From positions 90,485,161-90,549,160 of the forward strand of contig JASCQW010000027.1 of the NCBI GenBank assembly GCA_030264375.1: a stretch of 64,000 nt of DNA, in the 5' to 3' direction. The notes below the pieces were generated by a model, which was not told where the DNA came from, did no database searches, and saw nothing but the letters and a program-made list of their open reading frames with translations. Source of the DNA: Carcharhinus longimanus. Taxonomy: Eukaryota. Of the stretch, positions 9,881 through 22,769 are shown in pieces. The translations under genes were made by a program, and so were the position numbers. Every line of letters starts with the position of its first letter. Position 1 is the first letter of the stretch.

Positions 9881-10634
9881 GGGCCAGTCTTTGCCACCAG
9901 CAATATAGTGAGCAACCGAAGGGAGAGACAAGTGGAAAGCAGGAGACAAACTAGATAGTTCATTTCTGTTCAGACTGTCGATGACCAACACATCCATATA
10001 CAATGTCAGTAAACAACCCAATTCACCATTCGCCAATAGATCCACACCTAATCTTCCCTCTGTCACTGATCATCAGTGTTCGCTTGTTGCAATGCAAGTA
10101 TAAAAGCCACCACAAAAAACTATTTCAAACAACATTTATAAATTCGATCATTCCAAATTGTATACAGGTGTAAACTGATCACCCTTGGGCATTCCTTAGT
10201 GCCTGTATTGGCTTTGCCTTTGCTTATCGCAGTGCTGTTGTACAGACGGGCTGATGGAAGGCTCATGTCCAGTGCTTCTGGTCAAGGCGACCAACATACA
10301 GCCGAATATGTTCTATTGAAATGAAGTCAGCAAGTTGGGACTGACTTCCCAACATATGCTGTTAGGTTTGGTGATCTTAAATCCCTCTCCAACTCATACT
10401 CACTCCTGGCAATTGAAATTCAGCCTTGGCCTCAGTAAATGTTCTAATAACCATCTAGTTTGCTGCTGAATTTGAACTCTTTGAATTAACAAGTCATCAC
10501 AGCATACAAGACTAGGTCACGTAGCTACCCACATCTTGCCAATCCAAAAACATACACCGATTCACCTTTATTTCTCAATTTATTGACCTGCATTTCCTCT
10601 AATAGCACATGCATTAATTTTCATGACAAAACTG

Positions 10635-10935
10635 AACATCCTTTTGGATGAATCAGTAAGCCATGTCCCTGGCTGCCTGTTCCAGGAAATGTAAAAATCC
10701 ATTGGCATTTTTGAAGGAACAGCAGAAAGTATTCCCCAGTGTCCTGGCCAACATTCTTCATTTGACCTGCCAAAAGCAATTAACTGATCATTAGTCTAAT
10801 TCTGTTGATTTGTGGGACAATGTTTTTTTTTGTGGTTTGGACGTTGTATTTATCTGCGTAACAACAGCAACTGCTCTTTGAAAGTAGACCTTTGGGATGC
10901 CCTAAGAGCAATAAAGTGTGAGTTAAACGCAAATG
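10635..10935 (+). mobile_element. DeuSINE-like (SacSINE1/AmnSINE-type) relic
   Basis: TTTTGGATGA..ATGTAAAAATCCATTGGCATTTTTGAAGGAACAGCAG..GTGTCCTGGCCAACATT..TTTGTGGGA Deu-domain-like motifs with L2-like tail. Confidence 0.6.
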
Positions 10936-11946
10936 ACATTGTTTTAAAAAAAATCACCCAAGAATAATCCAGATAAACCATTTCCTTTTCTTATAATAAA
11001 CTCAGCAGTAGACTAAACACAGGAAAGTTACAGGAATTCCAGTGCTTTGGCTATTGGATATTGAAGATTTTCCATCATTGTGTCTTATGTCTACTGTTCC
11101 TCAGTTCCCCCCCACACCACCCCCCGCCTCCCTCCCCACCCACCCAAGCCACCATCAGCTTAAGTGGTGGTGTGCACTATTTCCCAAATTATCAGGAAAA
11201 TGCAGAAACCTCCAATAAAATTCATTTTGCCTGGAGGGAATGGCACTTACAGATTAAATATTCCAGACCTGATTCCAGACCTGATTTCAGACCTGTATGA
11301 GCTTCAGACTGGTATGCAAATGCACAAAGGTGCCACAAGTTTACTTAGCCTCCAGCCTTCTCTGCTTTCATGGGAAATCTCATTTGTCAACATCGTGGTG
11401 AGTTAGAAACTTATCACATGAGAACACCCTCATTTTTCTAGAATTCTACAAGGCAAAGTTTGTTCTTTTGGTTTTAACTGGCAGCGTAGGGGGTTGAGTC
11501 ATTAACACTTACCGTTACATTAAGAAGGGAAGTTATTGAGCAAGGTAATGCCATAAGCTGCTAATATCCTTTATTGCATGTAACTATTGTGGATATTTGC
11601 TGTGGGATCAATATTGTTGATAAATGCAAATACAGTAAATGTCAAAGGCTGAAAATTGCAGGCTTATAAGTACTGACAACAGTGCTGGCATAGTAAATAC
11701 TGACACTGAGATCAATACTGCTAATTAATACTGCTAATTAATACTGCTAATTAGAATCACAAAGCTGAAGTGTTTTCATTAGTGAAGAAAAGGGGAAACA
11801 TGACTACTCCTGAAAATGCTGAGAGGTATACGGAAAACAGGTGGGAGCAGGTTATTTAATTTTGATTACATTCTGATAACCAGAAAATACAAGTTCAAAA
11901 TCAACGTGCCTCAGTAGGAGTTAAACAGTCAAGAAATGCTAAGTGC

Positions 11947-12077
11947 AGGTGGAATTTTACTGGCACATCAGCCCAAGGTTCATTCAAACCCTCCCCCCCA
12001 AGGACAATAAAGAAGGTCGTTACCTGAGCCTCGCCTGCCCCCGAAATCGGGTCGGGTGTACCGGTAAAATTCCAGCC
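11947..12077. mobile_element. MITE (Harbinger-like)
   Basis: AGGTGGAATTTTACTGG...CCGGTAAAATTCCAGCC TIRs. Confidence 0.7.
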
Positions 12078-12081
12078 TCTT

Positions 12082-12176
12082 GGGTTCTCTTTCCACAGAT
12101 GTTGCCAGAACTGCAGTTTTTCTGGCATTTTCTGTTTTTCTCTCAGATTTCCAGCTTCTGCAGTATTTTACTTTTT
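12082..12176 (+). mobile_element. Penelope-like family B tail
   Basis: TCCACAGATGTTGCCAGAACTGC..GCATTTTCTGTTTT..CAGATTTCCAGC..CTGCAGTATTTT. Confidence 0.7.
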
Positions 12177-12702
12177 CTCAAGATGTTTTTGCTTGGCTTT
12201 AGGTGTCCTTGGCTTATTCCCCTGCGGTGTGTCCTTGGCTTAATTTCCTTGCTGTGCTGCTAGACTTTCTCTTTCTAGTGGGTCATTTGGATCGCATCAT
12301 CTTGGGTGAGTTGGTAGCAATCTCTTGATACTGTGTCGGAACATAGTGGCAGAGGAATTGGGCTGCATACGCACTGGTGATTTGGCCATTGCAATTTTAG
12401 TATCAGAATGATGTCCATGCTGCTTTGTTTGTTGCTGGAGTGACCCGTGCCGAACAACATGGTGAAGATATTGGTGCAGCATGCACTAGAAAATGGGAAG
12501 TAGGCAGATTGTGGCTTTCAACAGTGATTTGATGCCAGACATGCCTTTTTGGATTTTGTTAGTCTAGTTAACACTCTGTCATAAGCACAGCTGCTACATT
12601 CAACAAATGACTTCCCATCACCAATGCTGGTTAAAAGATTCCTCAACCACATGTGGACTAATTGCTGGATCATTTCTACTGGCTGGATTTGTTGATTTAG
12701 TT

Positions 12703-12959
12703 TAAAGTTTAACTTATTAGTGTCACAAGTAGGCTCGATTCCCAGCTTGGTTCACTGTGTGGAGTCTGCATTGTGTCTAAAAGAAAAGAAGTTACTGTGG
12801 AAATCCCCTTAATCGCCACACTCAGGCACCTATTCAGGTACACTAAGGGAGAATTTAACGTGGTCTATGCACTGAACCAGCACGTCTTTCAGACTATGGG
12901 AGGAAACTGGAGCACCCAGAAGAAACCCAGGCAGACACAATGCAGACTCCACACAGTGA
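12703..12959 (-). mobile_element. tRNA/V-domain SINE (alternative tail) with internal inverted duplication; runs into gap
   Basis: Tail and V-domain on reverse strand; 12752-12778 is the exact reverse complement of 12933-12959. Confidence 0.85.
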
Positions 12960-13439
12960 NNNNNNNNNNNNNNNNNNNNNNNNNNNNNNNNNNNNNNNNN
13001 NNNNNNNNNNNNNNNNNNNNNNNNNNNNNNNNNNNNNNNNNNNNNNNNNNNNNNNNNNNNNNNNNNNNNNNNNNNNNNNNNNNNNNNNNNNNNNNNNNNN
13101 NNNNNNNNNNNNNNNNNNNNNNNNNNNNNNNNNNNNNNNNNNNNNNNNNNNNNNNNNNNNNNNNNNNNNNNNNNNNNNNNNNNNNNNNNNNNNNNNNNNN
13201 NNNNNNNNNNNNNNNNNNNNNNNNNNNNNNNNNNNNNNNNNNNNNNNNNNNNNNNNNNNNNNNNNNNNNNNNNNNNNNNNNNNNNNNNNNNNNNNNNNNN
13301 NNNNNNNNNNNNNNNNNNNNNNNNNNNNNNNNNNNNNNNNNNNNNNNTTATACATCATGATTCCCAAGCCTGATTTGGGTGGCTATTCAATTATGCCCCC
13401 AGTGAGTATATGCTGTCATCCAGGAATTGTGAAGATAGC

Positions 13440-13852
13440 CTTGGCACTTTCCTTCAGTACCAAGGGACACTTTTGGGAACTTCTGACTTTTGGATGAGAA
13501 CTTAAATTAAATTTCCATTTGCTTGCTCAGTCGCTCATAGAAGATTCTATTGAGAAACAGCAGGGAATTCTCACAGCATCCTTGCCAGAATTCCTCCCTC
13601 AATAAACACTACAAAAACAATTGGTTAAACCTTCACTTCATTTGCTGATAGTGGCTTCTTACTGTTTGCAGATTAGATTTTCCTATTTCACTACACAAAA
13701 GAAAGAATTTGCCTTTATATAGGACCTTACACAACCTCTGGATGTTCTAAAGTACTTCACAGCCAATGAAGTACAAATACTGCTTCAATGTAGGAAATAC
13801 AACAGCCAATTTCTACTCAACAAAATCCCACAAACAGCAGAGATGTTAATGA
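13440..13852. mobile_element. Two DeuSINE-like relics tail to tail (13440-13697 +, 13700-13852 -)
   Basis: TTTTGGATGAGA..CAGCAGGGAATTCTC..CCCTCAATAAACAC on plus; AAGTACTTCACAGCCAATGAAGTAC..ATCCCACAAACAGCA on minus. Confidence 0.6.
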
Positions 13853-14233
13853 CTGGCGGAACAGGAAGTAGTTTGTTGGATGTAACATTTTGGATAACTT
13901 TAGTNNNNNNNNNNNNNNNNNNNNNNNNAATGCGAGTTTGTTCTTTCTCTTAAAAGGGAGGGGATCATGTACATTGAGCATTCAGGAACTGATTTGAAAC
14001 ATCAGAATCCAGTTCCCCTAGAAACAAACCATCACTGGCATTATTTGGGATCTACCCCACAGAATATTTAACCACGTGTTTTGCTGTGAGGTGGGTCAGC
14101 CTTAAACCATTCTCACTCTTGGATCAGTACTTCCCAAGATATGCTGTTGTGAATGTGCCATCCACATTTATGACCCCAGCCTTGAAGTTGCCTCACTCAT
14201 TGCCATCTCAGTTGTGCCGCTACATCAAGCTTG

Positions 14234-14822
14234 GGTCGGATTTTTCAGCGGACGTCGGTTCCCCTGAAGTCGCCTCATATTGTGGTCTACACCCCAACCG
14301 TACTGTCACGCTCCTTCTGGGAGGTTTGCCCCCTAATTGGCCACTTCTACCTTCCATTCCATTGAGGACAAGGAGCTAGTTCCTGAGGCTGGAGGTCCAA
14401 TCAAAGATCCTGTAGTGATGCCAGGCTGGCAGCTCCACTGGGAGAGGTAGGCACTGCTGAGGCAGGCAGCAGTCCTCCATGTGGAGGCATCCCTGCAGAG
14501 AAGTCAATAAATAGAGACCTGAAGCTGGGATGGCTATGGAGAAGGAGAGAAAACCTCTGCATGGGAGTCATGATAGGTTCAGTTGTGATCTTTGATACTT
14601 AGGCCCCCGGCAGGGGGAAATAGAGCCTCTGAAATCACAGATTGGTTCCTAATCAGGGCTTTAATTACGCTAATCATCTCCCAATCTCTGTTGCTAGCCC
14701 ATACCTGGGAAATTCTCCCAGAGGCAAGAATGCATCGGAGAGCCATCCCAATAGTGCTCCTCCCTATTTTGTTGCCTACCTCACCTCCAGCCTAGCTCCA
14801 TAGAGTTGGTGGAATTCATCCC
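14234..14822. mobile_element. Non-autonomous DNA transposon (Harbinger-like)
   Basis: GGTCGGATTTT...GGAATTCATCCC ends, possible TTG/TTG TSD, GC-rich interior. Confidence 0.45.
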
Positions 14823-15182
14823 TTGATTTCACATCATTGCTCCAAAGCATGCATGGTCATGCAGCATAGTGCTTAATCAACCCATCCTCCTTGCTCTTAA
14901 TCCAGCACTCTTGCACACTATATTATCAATAACGTTCTTTGTTGCATTCAGGCCAGCATGGCAGAGTCGTCCTATTTTGAGCTTCCTATGTCTACTACTA
15001 TTTAGTCAACTGACTGTAGCATCCAAGTATTTCATAGTACCGGCGAACCCAATCTTCAAATAGTGATGGTCAGAGTTGAAGTTCTGCTTCAGAATTTGTG
15101 TATAAATATCTAGGCTAATGCTCCAGTTCAATACTGAGAAAATGCTGTTTTGTGGAGATACCATTCTTCAGATGGAATAGTG

Positions 15183-15740
15183 ATCTGGAATTAAAAAACA
15201 GTAAATGATGGGAGTACTCAGCAAATCAACCAGCATCTCCAGAGAGAGAAAAAAAGATTAGTATTTCAGATTGGTGACCTTTCATCAAAACTGGAAAAAG
15301 TTACAAGTGTGCAGAAAGTGGGACTGGAGGAAAGATCAAAAGGAGCAATCTGTGATAGGGTAGAATGCAGAGAGATTAAATGATTAAAAAAAGTAAAAGT
15401 GAAGTTTATATATTAGTCACAAGTAGATTCATATGATCGTTCATACTGTAATGAATTTACTGTGAAAATCTAGGATGATGGTATGAGGTAATAGGGGATG
15501 GTAATGGGACAAATAAAGAAGCAAAAATGAGTCTAGAGGATCTGTGAATGGCAATAACAGAACCATTATCAACAGCTGCTGTCTGGTTTTGATGTAGAGT
15601 CTGGAGGGCTGTAAAGTGCCAAGTTGAAAGATGAGGTGCTATTACTCAAGCTTACTCTGAGCTTCACGAGAACAGCGTAGAACACCAGGGACAAAGAATT
15701 CAGACTGGGAGGACTGGGGGAATTAAAATGGCAGGTCAAC
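15183..15740 (-). mobile_element. Penelope-like family B 3' fragment with nested SINE tail (15395-15471)
   Basis: Reverse strand: end of endonuclease ORF (HLIFQLGTLQPSRL), then TTGATGAAAGGTCACCAATCTGAAA decayed hammerhead and tail. Confidence 0.7.
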
Positions 15741-16561
15741 AGAAATGTGGACCCAAATTTTCATGTAGATGGAAATCTGAGCCAAAATGGCACCTGACCC
15801 CCAAATCTACCCCAGCCCCCGATCTGGCACCAACCATTTTTGCCGGGAGTGAGGAAGAGGGTGGGGAAGGACAGGGACCGGATGTAGTTTGCACATCAAC
15901 AGTTCATGGAGATAGTGGTACATTTAAAAGTGCAGCTGCCTTCAATCAGAAGCAATTTTCATCATCCAGGTTTCTAAATACTTGTGGGCTTTACAAATCT
16001 GAGGAAAAAGACTTAATCTGTCAAAGGTTTTTGGCGGGGTCACTTACCCTTTTGGGAGAAGTTGTGTATCCCTATGGAATTGTTAGAAGTAGACATGAAT
16101 GTGTGTAAAAAGTGGATAAAAGCTGTGGAACTATCAAGCTGTCAGGTTATTTAAATCCCCTACTGTTTAAATTTCAGGGAAGAAACAGTTTGCAGTTGTA
16201 AAAAAATGGTGCTTACAATTTCAATAGAGGTTTGTTGACATAAGCCTGAGGATTATCATTATAGGATTAAGCTGTTCAACTGTTTCCGCAACCTGTCTTT
16301 ATCAGAATGTTGGGGTGGGGGTGGGGGAGTGGTGGGGAGAGTTGTAAGCACACAGTCAGTTTTATGGTAGCTCCAAATGGTTATTAAAGGATTATATGTC
16401 TTTGGTGTGGGTTTATGAACAGAAGTATTTGTTTTGATAAAGGATTAAGTACTTGAAAGGATTTAAATATATTGCAAGGACATTCATGGATGTGTTTTTT
16501 TAATAAAGTCTAGATTATTATTCATCAGGAAATTGTACTGAGGAAATTGCTCAGATTAAAA

Positions 16562-16947
16562 TCCAATAACTCTGACGTCTGCATCCCAAAGTATTGAAGG
16601 AAATGGCTCTAAAAATAATGGATGCACTGATGATTATTTTCCAGCATTCTACGTTGTGGAAGAGTTTCAGTGGAGTGGGTGTAGCTAATGTAACCCCATT
16701 GTTGTAAAAAGGATGGAGAGAGAAAACCAGGAATTGTAGACCAGTTAGCCTAGTGGGGAAATTACTGGCGTCAATTTTTAAGGATGCAATGTCTGAGCAT
16801 TTGGAAAGCAGTGACAGGATCAGTCCAAGTTAGCATGGATTCACTCAAAGGGAACTCATGCTAGACAAATCTTCTGGAATCTTTTGGGGATCTGACCAGT
16901 AGACTGCACAAGGGTGGACCGGTGGATGTTGCATATCTGGACTTTCA
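16562..16947 (+). mobile_element. CR1 LINE RT fragment
   Basis: Decayed LHPKVLKE..ANVTPL..NCRPVSL..QHGF..NLLESF..VDVAYLDF motifs. Confidence 0.85.
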
Positions 16948-17749
16948 ATTTCTTTCAGATCATTCAGATTGGTGCATGTGCAAAGGCCTGCTCAACTTGC
17001 TGATTTCAGCCTCTTCACCAGGAATAGACCCTGCCCCCTAGCTTTTAATGGTATTTATGCTGGTGGCTCTGCAGTGGACAAAGTATGGGAGATTCTTCTC
17101 TGAATTCCCACCGAAAATACCAACACAAATTATTCCAGTTTTCATGCAAATTCAACACTTAGAATATTTTTGGGAGAATTCTGACCAAAGCCTGTCATTA
17201 ACCAAGACAACCAGTTTGAACATTTTTAAATTTGCAGTAAAAATTACCCCTTGAAATATTTAAGAGTGATAATTAGGTGTAGTTTGATTAATACAGATAA
17301 AAATGAACTGTCACAAAAAAATCTTTTTTTTAAATTAGTGTCGATCCACCACCTATGAGAAACCCTATTTTAAATGACTGATAACTTTAAAAAAATATGG
17401 GGGACCATTTCTAGCTTAAAATGAAGCGGAGTAGTCAGTTCCTTTATAAATTGAAAAGATTACAACCAAAGATTTTTTAAACATTCCTATTAGAATCCTT
17501 GCAGTCAAACTTAAGAACTCAATTTTTCCAGCCATGTCAAAGATCTGCCAGCTAACGCAACTAGTGGAACTTCCCAATGGTGATTAATTCAGTCTGGTGG
17601 TCGGCAGGCAAAAGATCATATTGAGTAATTCTGATGAACATAACTTGACCTTAAAATGTTGTAATCTTTTGTGTCGGTCACGCCAATATGAAGTGAATTA
17701 ATCGAAAGGTAACAGTAATTGCTGAGTGCAAGTTACAGGCTGATAACTA

Positions 17750-18260
17750 CTTGTCATGTTTAAAAAGAACTCTCCTCATGTCACCTCTTTTGCTGATGAT
17801 TAAAATCTGTTTTCCAGTGACTGATACTTCAGCCTTTGAAAACTATTGCTCCTAATGAACTTTATTTAAACCATTCATAATTTGGAACAACTCTACATAT
17901 TTCCTCTTCACCTTCCATGTGCAGGACAATTCACTCCATGTAACTGAATTCCCTCATCCATGGTCCTATTCTAGTGAGTCTGTGCACTCTCTAAAGTGTA
18001 TTGCATAGAATTAGACATGATGCTTTGGTTGGGACATCACCAATAATTCTCAAGAGTTCCTCAACTTTGCAGCTAGCAAACTCCCGATTTTAACTCTCTG
18101 CAAGTGGATGGGTTTTGAGTGAATTATGATCTTGCCCCGTGCCTCTGCTTATAAAGCCACGAATCCCTTTTATTTGTTTTTTGACAACCTCCTCATCTTG
18201 TCCTGCCTTTTACACACACCTGAGGTCTCTGTTCCCGCACCTCATTTAAAATTGTACCAG
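17750..18260 (-). mobile_element. Highly decayed CR1 3' fragment
   Basis: Weak similarity to the CR1 at 43050-44110 (AATTCCCTCATCCATGG..ATTCTAGTGAGTC; TATAAAGCCACGAATCCC). Confidence 0.45.
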
Positions 18261-18795
18261 GTTTATAAAGATTGGCATTTTGTAGCCAACAGCAGCTGTT
18301 GGTTTCTAGCTTCTGATACTTCAGCCTTTGATCCTGGTTCATCATGCAGCATGAGCTGGGAGTGCCACTAAAATATTTATATGAGTTGACCTTGCATAAT
18401 GGATCCTGTAGAATGATGGCTCCTCACCCTCTTGGGAGGAATTAGAACCTTTAAACAGATTTGACACTTACTGCTCTGCATAAACTTTATGCCCAATGAT
18501 TTATTTGCTTTGCATTTATTTTTGCACAGGATTTCCACACTTGTATCAATATATATAGCGCCTCAATTGTTTCATTCTATTGACGTGCCAACAGCGGCAT
18601 AACGATGATTACTTATTTGATTGTGACTTGTAATTGTCCATCTTATCCCACTGACCCACTCCCCCACTGTAGGTTCCCAGTGGCCTGGCTTGGAAATCCC
18701 ATTGACAGCGGCAAGGCCTAGCTGCATCCTGTTACCAGAAACATACCGTGGGAGGCCATTCTTGAATTTCCAGTGACCAAATTAAAGGAATTATG

Positions 18796-18956
18796 CAAAA
18801 GCAAATTATTGCGGATGCTGGAATCTGAAACCAAAAGAGAAAATGCTGGAAAATCTCAGCAGGTCTGGCAGCAACTGTAAGGATAGAAAAGAGCTGATGT
18901 TTCGAGTCCAGGTGATTGAGACTTTGTCTTTGACAAAGGGTCACCTAAACTCGAAA
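18796..18956 (-). mobile_element. Penelope-like family B terminal repeat with short 5' inversion
   Basis: GCGGATGCTGGAATCTGAAACC..AATGCTGGAAAATCTCAGCAGGTCTGGCAGCA; arms 18900-18915 and 18941-18956 are 14/16 complementary. Confidence 0.75.
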
Positions 18957-20376
18957 GGACTTGTACGTCAAGATTTCAAGTGCTAATACTTTTACTGTAG
19001 TAGACTAACTAAAAGCAATAACGACTAAACAATACCCAGTTTGCAACTAATACTGTAAACTCGAGAAACAATAACGCTCTACCATGACCGATAACTCCTT
19101 GCTGCATGCATATAAATGATAATATTTCTCCAGATTTACAGTCTTTAAAGGAAACAGTCTGCAGACACTCCCAGCTTCTAACAGATTGCTTCTTCCCACT
19201 TTGCTGAGCGATCATCAAAAAGCATTTCTCTCAGTTTTCAGAGAATTTCAAAATTGATGAGCAGGACTAAGTTTTAATCTGGCAATTTGTCCTCCAGCTT
19301 TGCCAAGGTAAATCTTCCAGAGTCTTCATATTCCATACATCTCTTCGACCATCCTCATGTTCACATTCTGTTTGGTAGCTCACGGTGAATCTGCAGTTTC
19401 CTCCGCTCTGCTCTGCTAACCCACACCAGCTCCAGCCTTTTGCCTCCCTAATCGACTTCTCTCTCCTGTCCGGAGGTCTGTCCACAGTTAGCTCAACTGT
19501 GCCTGCCTTCATTTCCAGGTGTGAACATTTTGCATTTTGCTCCCAGTTTGGGCTCCTCCCATTCTCGAGGTAACCAGCCAACCCAGGCTTGTGGTTGGGC
19601 AGAATTCAAAGTAGATCACATGACCCACTTTATTTTAATCATCAATTTATAAAACTTTGCATTCATAACAATTGCATTAAATGCTAATCTTGAATTACCT
19701 ACATTTGGCACCACTTGTAACCTTTGACAGAAAATACAAAGTTGTGCATATTGGACATCCATTTTCTGCAGAGCAATAATTAGTGTAAAACATTGTGTTC
19801 TGGATTTTAACTGAGGAAGCAGAATTCAGGAGGCAGGTTCATTTCCACCTTGCCGCCAAGAAGCGGATGAAATTTCTGATTTTAGTGGAGATGAGGTATT
19901 TACTGGAGATGGGTCAGGAATGGCAACTAATGAATGGTGGCAGGGCAGGAACTGAGGCTAGGGAAGCGAGCTATTGCTGTGACTAGCATCAGAGCGTAGT
20001 TTGAATAAATTTAAGCATCAAATTGACCAGAGCAGATAGGGAGCTGGAACCCAGGATAGAGTAGGGAAATGTTTATTTTACCAAAAAATTCATTGTTATG
20101 GAATAGATTTTCTTCAAGAATTCCAGTCTTTTCAATCCAGTAGAACTTGCTCCATTCTGTCGACCATGTTCTTGACAGTACAAAGAAACTGCATCCAATG
20201 TTGCCCATGCAAATCACATTCATAAGTAGGGACACATCTGCAATGGAATGTGAGAGAAGAGCTGCCAAAACAAACTTCCTTTCACTATGGTTGATTGCCC
20301 AGATTTAGTAATCTCCTTGAATCTTATTTCCAACCAAGTTCCACCACGGGGACAAATCTTCCAAGTTCACCACATG

Positions 20377-21164
20377 NNNNNNNNNNNNNNNNNNNNNNNN
20401 NNNNNNNNNNNNNNNNNNNNNNNNNNNNNNNNNNNNNNNNNNNNNNNNNNNNNNNNNNNNNNNNNNNNNNNNNNNNNNNNNNNNNNNNNNNNNNNNNNNN
20501 NNNNNNNNNNNNNNNNNNNNNNNNNNNNNNNNNNNNNNNNNNNNNNNNNNNNNNNNNNNNNNNNNNNNNNNNNNNNNNNNNNNNNNNNNNNNNNNNNNNN
20601 NNNNNNNNNNNNNNNNNNNNNNNNNNNNNNNNNNNNNNNNNNNNNNNNNNNNNNNNNNNNNNNNNNNNNNNNNNNNNNNNNNNNNNNNNNNNNNNNNNNN
20701 NNNNNNNNNNNNNNNNNNNNNNNNNNNNNNNNNNNNNNNNNNNNNNNNNNNNNCCAGGGGGGGTCTGATCTGGGGGGGCCTGCCTCCCAGGGGGGTCTGA
20801 TCCGGGGGAGGGCTGTGCGCCCGGGGGGGCCTGTCTCCTGGGGGGTCCGATTCGGGGGAGGATATCTGCCGGGGGGGGGGGCCTGCCTCCCAGGGTGGTC
20901 TGATCACAGCTCATCCTCCCCGCCATCCTCTCCTGCTCTCTCTGCTGTTTTTCTCTTTCACGCCTGGGCGCACTATTTCAGATTTTTTTTGAACTGCGCA
21001 TGCGCAGTTCAGAGCTCTGATCATTCCAGCAACGCTAAGCCCCACCCACAGCATGAATTGGACCGGACTAAAAGCATATGGGCATGCTGGAATGAGGATT
21101 CCGGGCTCGGATCCATATTACACCCGGATCCGGCCCTTAGGCTCCGATTGGTAAAAGTGGGCCC
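20377..21164. mobile_element. GC-rich non-autonomous DNA transposon, left half in gap
   Basis: Ends GGTAAAAGTGGGCCC; ATG immediately before the gap and immediately after the end (3-bp TSD). Confidence 0.6.
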
Positions 21165-22592
21165 ATGTATTTACTTTTTTTAAGAGGTCTTACAATGGAG
21201 GAATTTACACTGAAATGTCTGCCAGAGTGTTCTGCCATCTTTCTGATCTCAATAACAAAATGAATTAGGGTCAACCTGTGTAAGTCCGAGAACCAGTTTT
21301 TCCACTGCTTTCTTTCTCCATCTTTTTGTGATGAAGGCCCATTATTTCATATCATCCTTCCTTATAACTGTGCTTTGTTTTAATTCTCTTCTCATTACTC
21401 TTCCCATTTCAGCATTTGTGGAAACAGGGAGGGGATGATCACTGTCTTTTGATGTTGTGATGTTGTTTTTCCTTTTGGGATGGCCTTCAGTCAGACAATG
21501 CACGCACCAGCATTCCCCCTCTTGTGCCCAAGCCTGGCCCATTTCTGTTTTGTAAATTGACTTTGGAAAGTTCACATTTTTTGAAAATGGAAATAGTGTA
21601 ACATCTGTTCCAAAATTATTTACTGAACACATTGGCCTAGAAATTACATTGCATTGTGCCCATTCCTCAGGTGCTGTGTGGACAGCTAAGAATATAAAAT
21701 GGCGGCTAGCCAGTGCATGTGCACATCCAGCTAGTAGTGCACTGTCTATCATATTGTGTAAGCAGAAACCAGGCGCCCACAACCTATGATGACACAATTG
21801 CTCAAAGCGAAAATTATTGCCTAAGTTTCTTTTGAAGATCAATCAATCCAGAAATAGTGTATTGCCAAAGAGGTAATTTACCAATCTCTCGGTCAACAAC
21901 AATAATCAAACATTTGTTCCATCCTTGCCCCATTTTGCATAGATAATGAACAATCTACATTGTCATAGGCTGTAGTCTATCAAAATTCTAAGCAAATACT
22001 CCCCAACAGCCAGAGGTAATCAACTGAAACACCAGAATTCCCACATCTCTAGCTATCAACTGCTGGCTGACTGCCCACTGCACCTGCATCATTGCTCTGG
22101 CATGCCATGTACACAACTGAAAGTCCGACAAACTAAAAAAAAAATTCTGGAGGGTGAAGTTTGCAGTTCAGGAGGGAAAGAAAATGAGTCCATTGTAAAA
22201 CAGGCTGACAATTTGCAATGGGTTTCACTAATGCTGTTGTCAAAGTCCAATTTCACCTCTTATCTTTCAGCTTTAGGTGATATCAGTTAGAGCTCCCTTC
22301 TTCAAAAGACGTGTTCAGAAAAGGTCCACAATTTTGCCAAACAGCCTACTTTACCGAGGTGTGCAGGGAGCAGGGCAGGGATGGGAGCAGACAGCAATGA
22401 CTAACACATTGAACAATGGTGAGATATCCTCGGACTGCACACTGACCACTCCCTTTCTCCTCAACTAATTGAAGGAAGCTTCCATGCAAATGGACACAGA
22501 GATCCATCCAAACATTTTAAAAACATATATTGGTTATCATTCTGCTGGGACTCTTTTTCTTCAATAGGTTTCACAAGTTTGTTTTGTTTTAG

Positions 22593-22769
22593 CAAAAGTC
22601 ACATGGTGAATATGAATTCCCAGGAAAATCACATAGTAATATTGAGGACACCACAGGAGGGCGACATGTGGCGGAACTGATGCAAAAGCATGAGAGACTC
22701 AGGCTAAAAAGTGAGGAGGTTAAACTGGCACTGAGGAAGTTAAGTGAATTTGAAGTGCTGTCAACAAAA
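22593..22769 (+). CDS. Candidate internal coding exon, coiled-coil-like protein
   Basis: Acceptor GTTTGTTTTGTTTTAG, donor AAA|GTAAGA, 177 bp phase 0-0, open frame QKSHGEYEFPGKSHSNIEDTTGGRHVAELMQKHERLRLKSEEVKLALRKLSEFEVLSTK. Confidence 0.55.

Noticed and set aside
11714-11754. ATACTGCTAATTA x3 (and TTCCAGACCTGA x3 at ~11261-11295)
   Set aside because: Ordinary short slippage duplications
12773-13497. Long ORFs spanning N-runs (also 20287-21183, 28188-28639, 48907-49597)
   Set aside because: Length is produced by assembly gaps
21342-21842. 166-aa minus-strand ORF
   Set aside because: No recognisable domain, non-ATG start, weak splice signals
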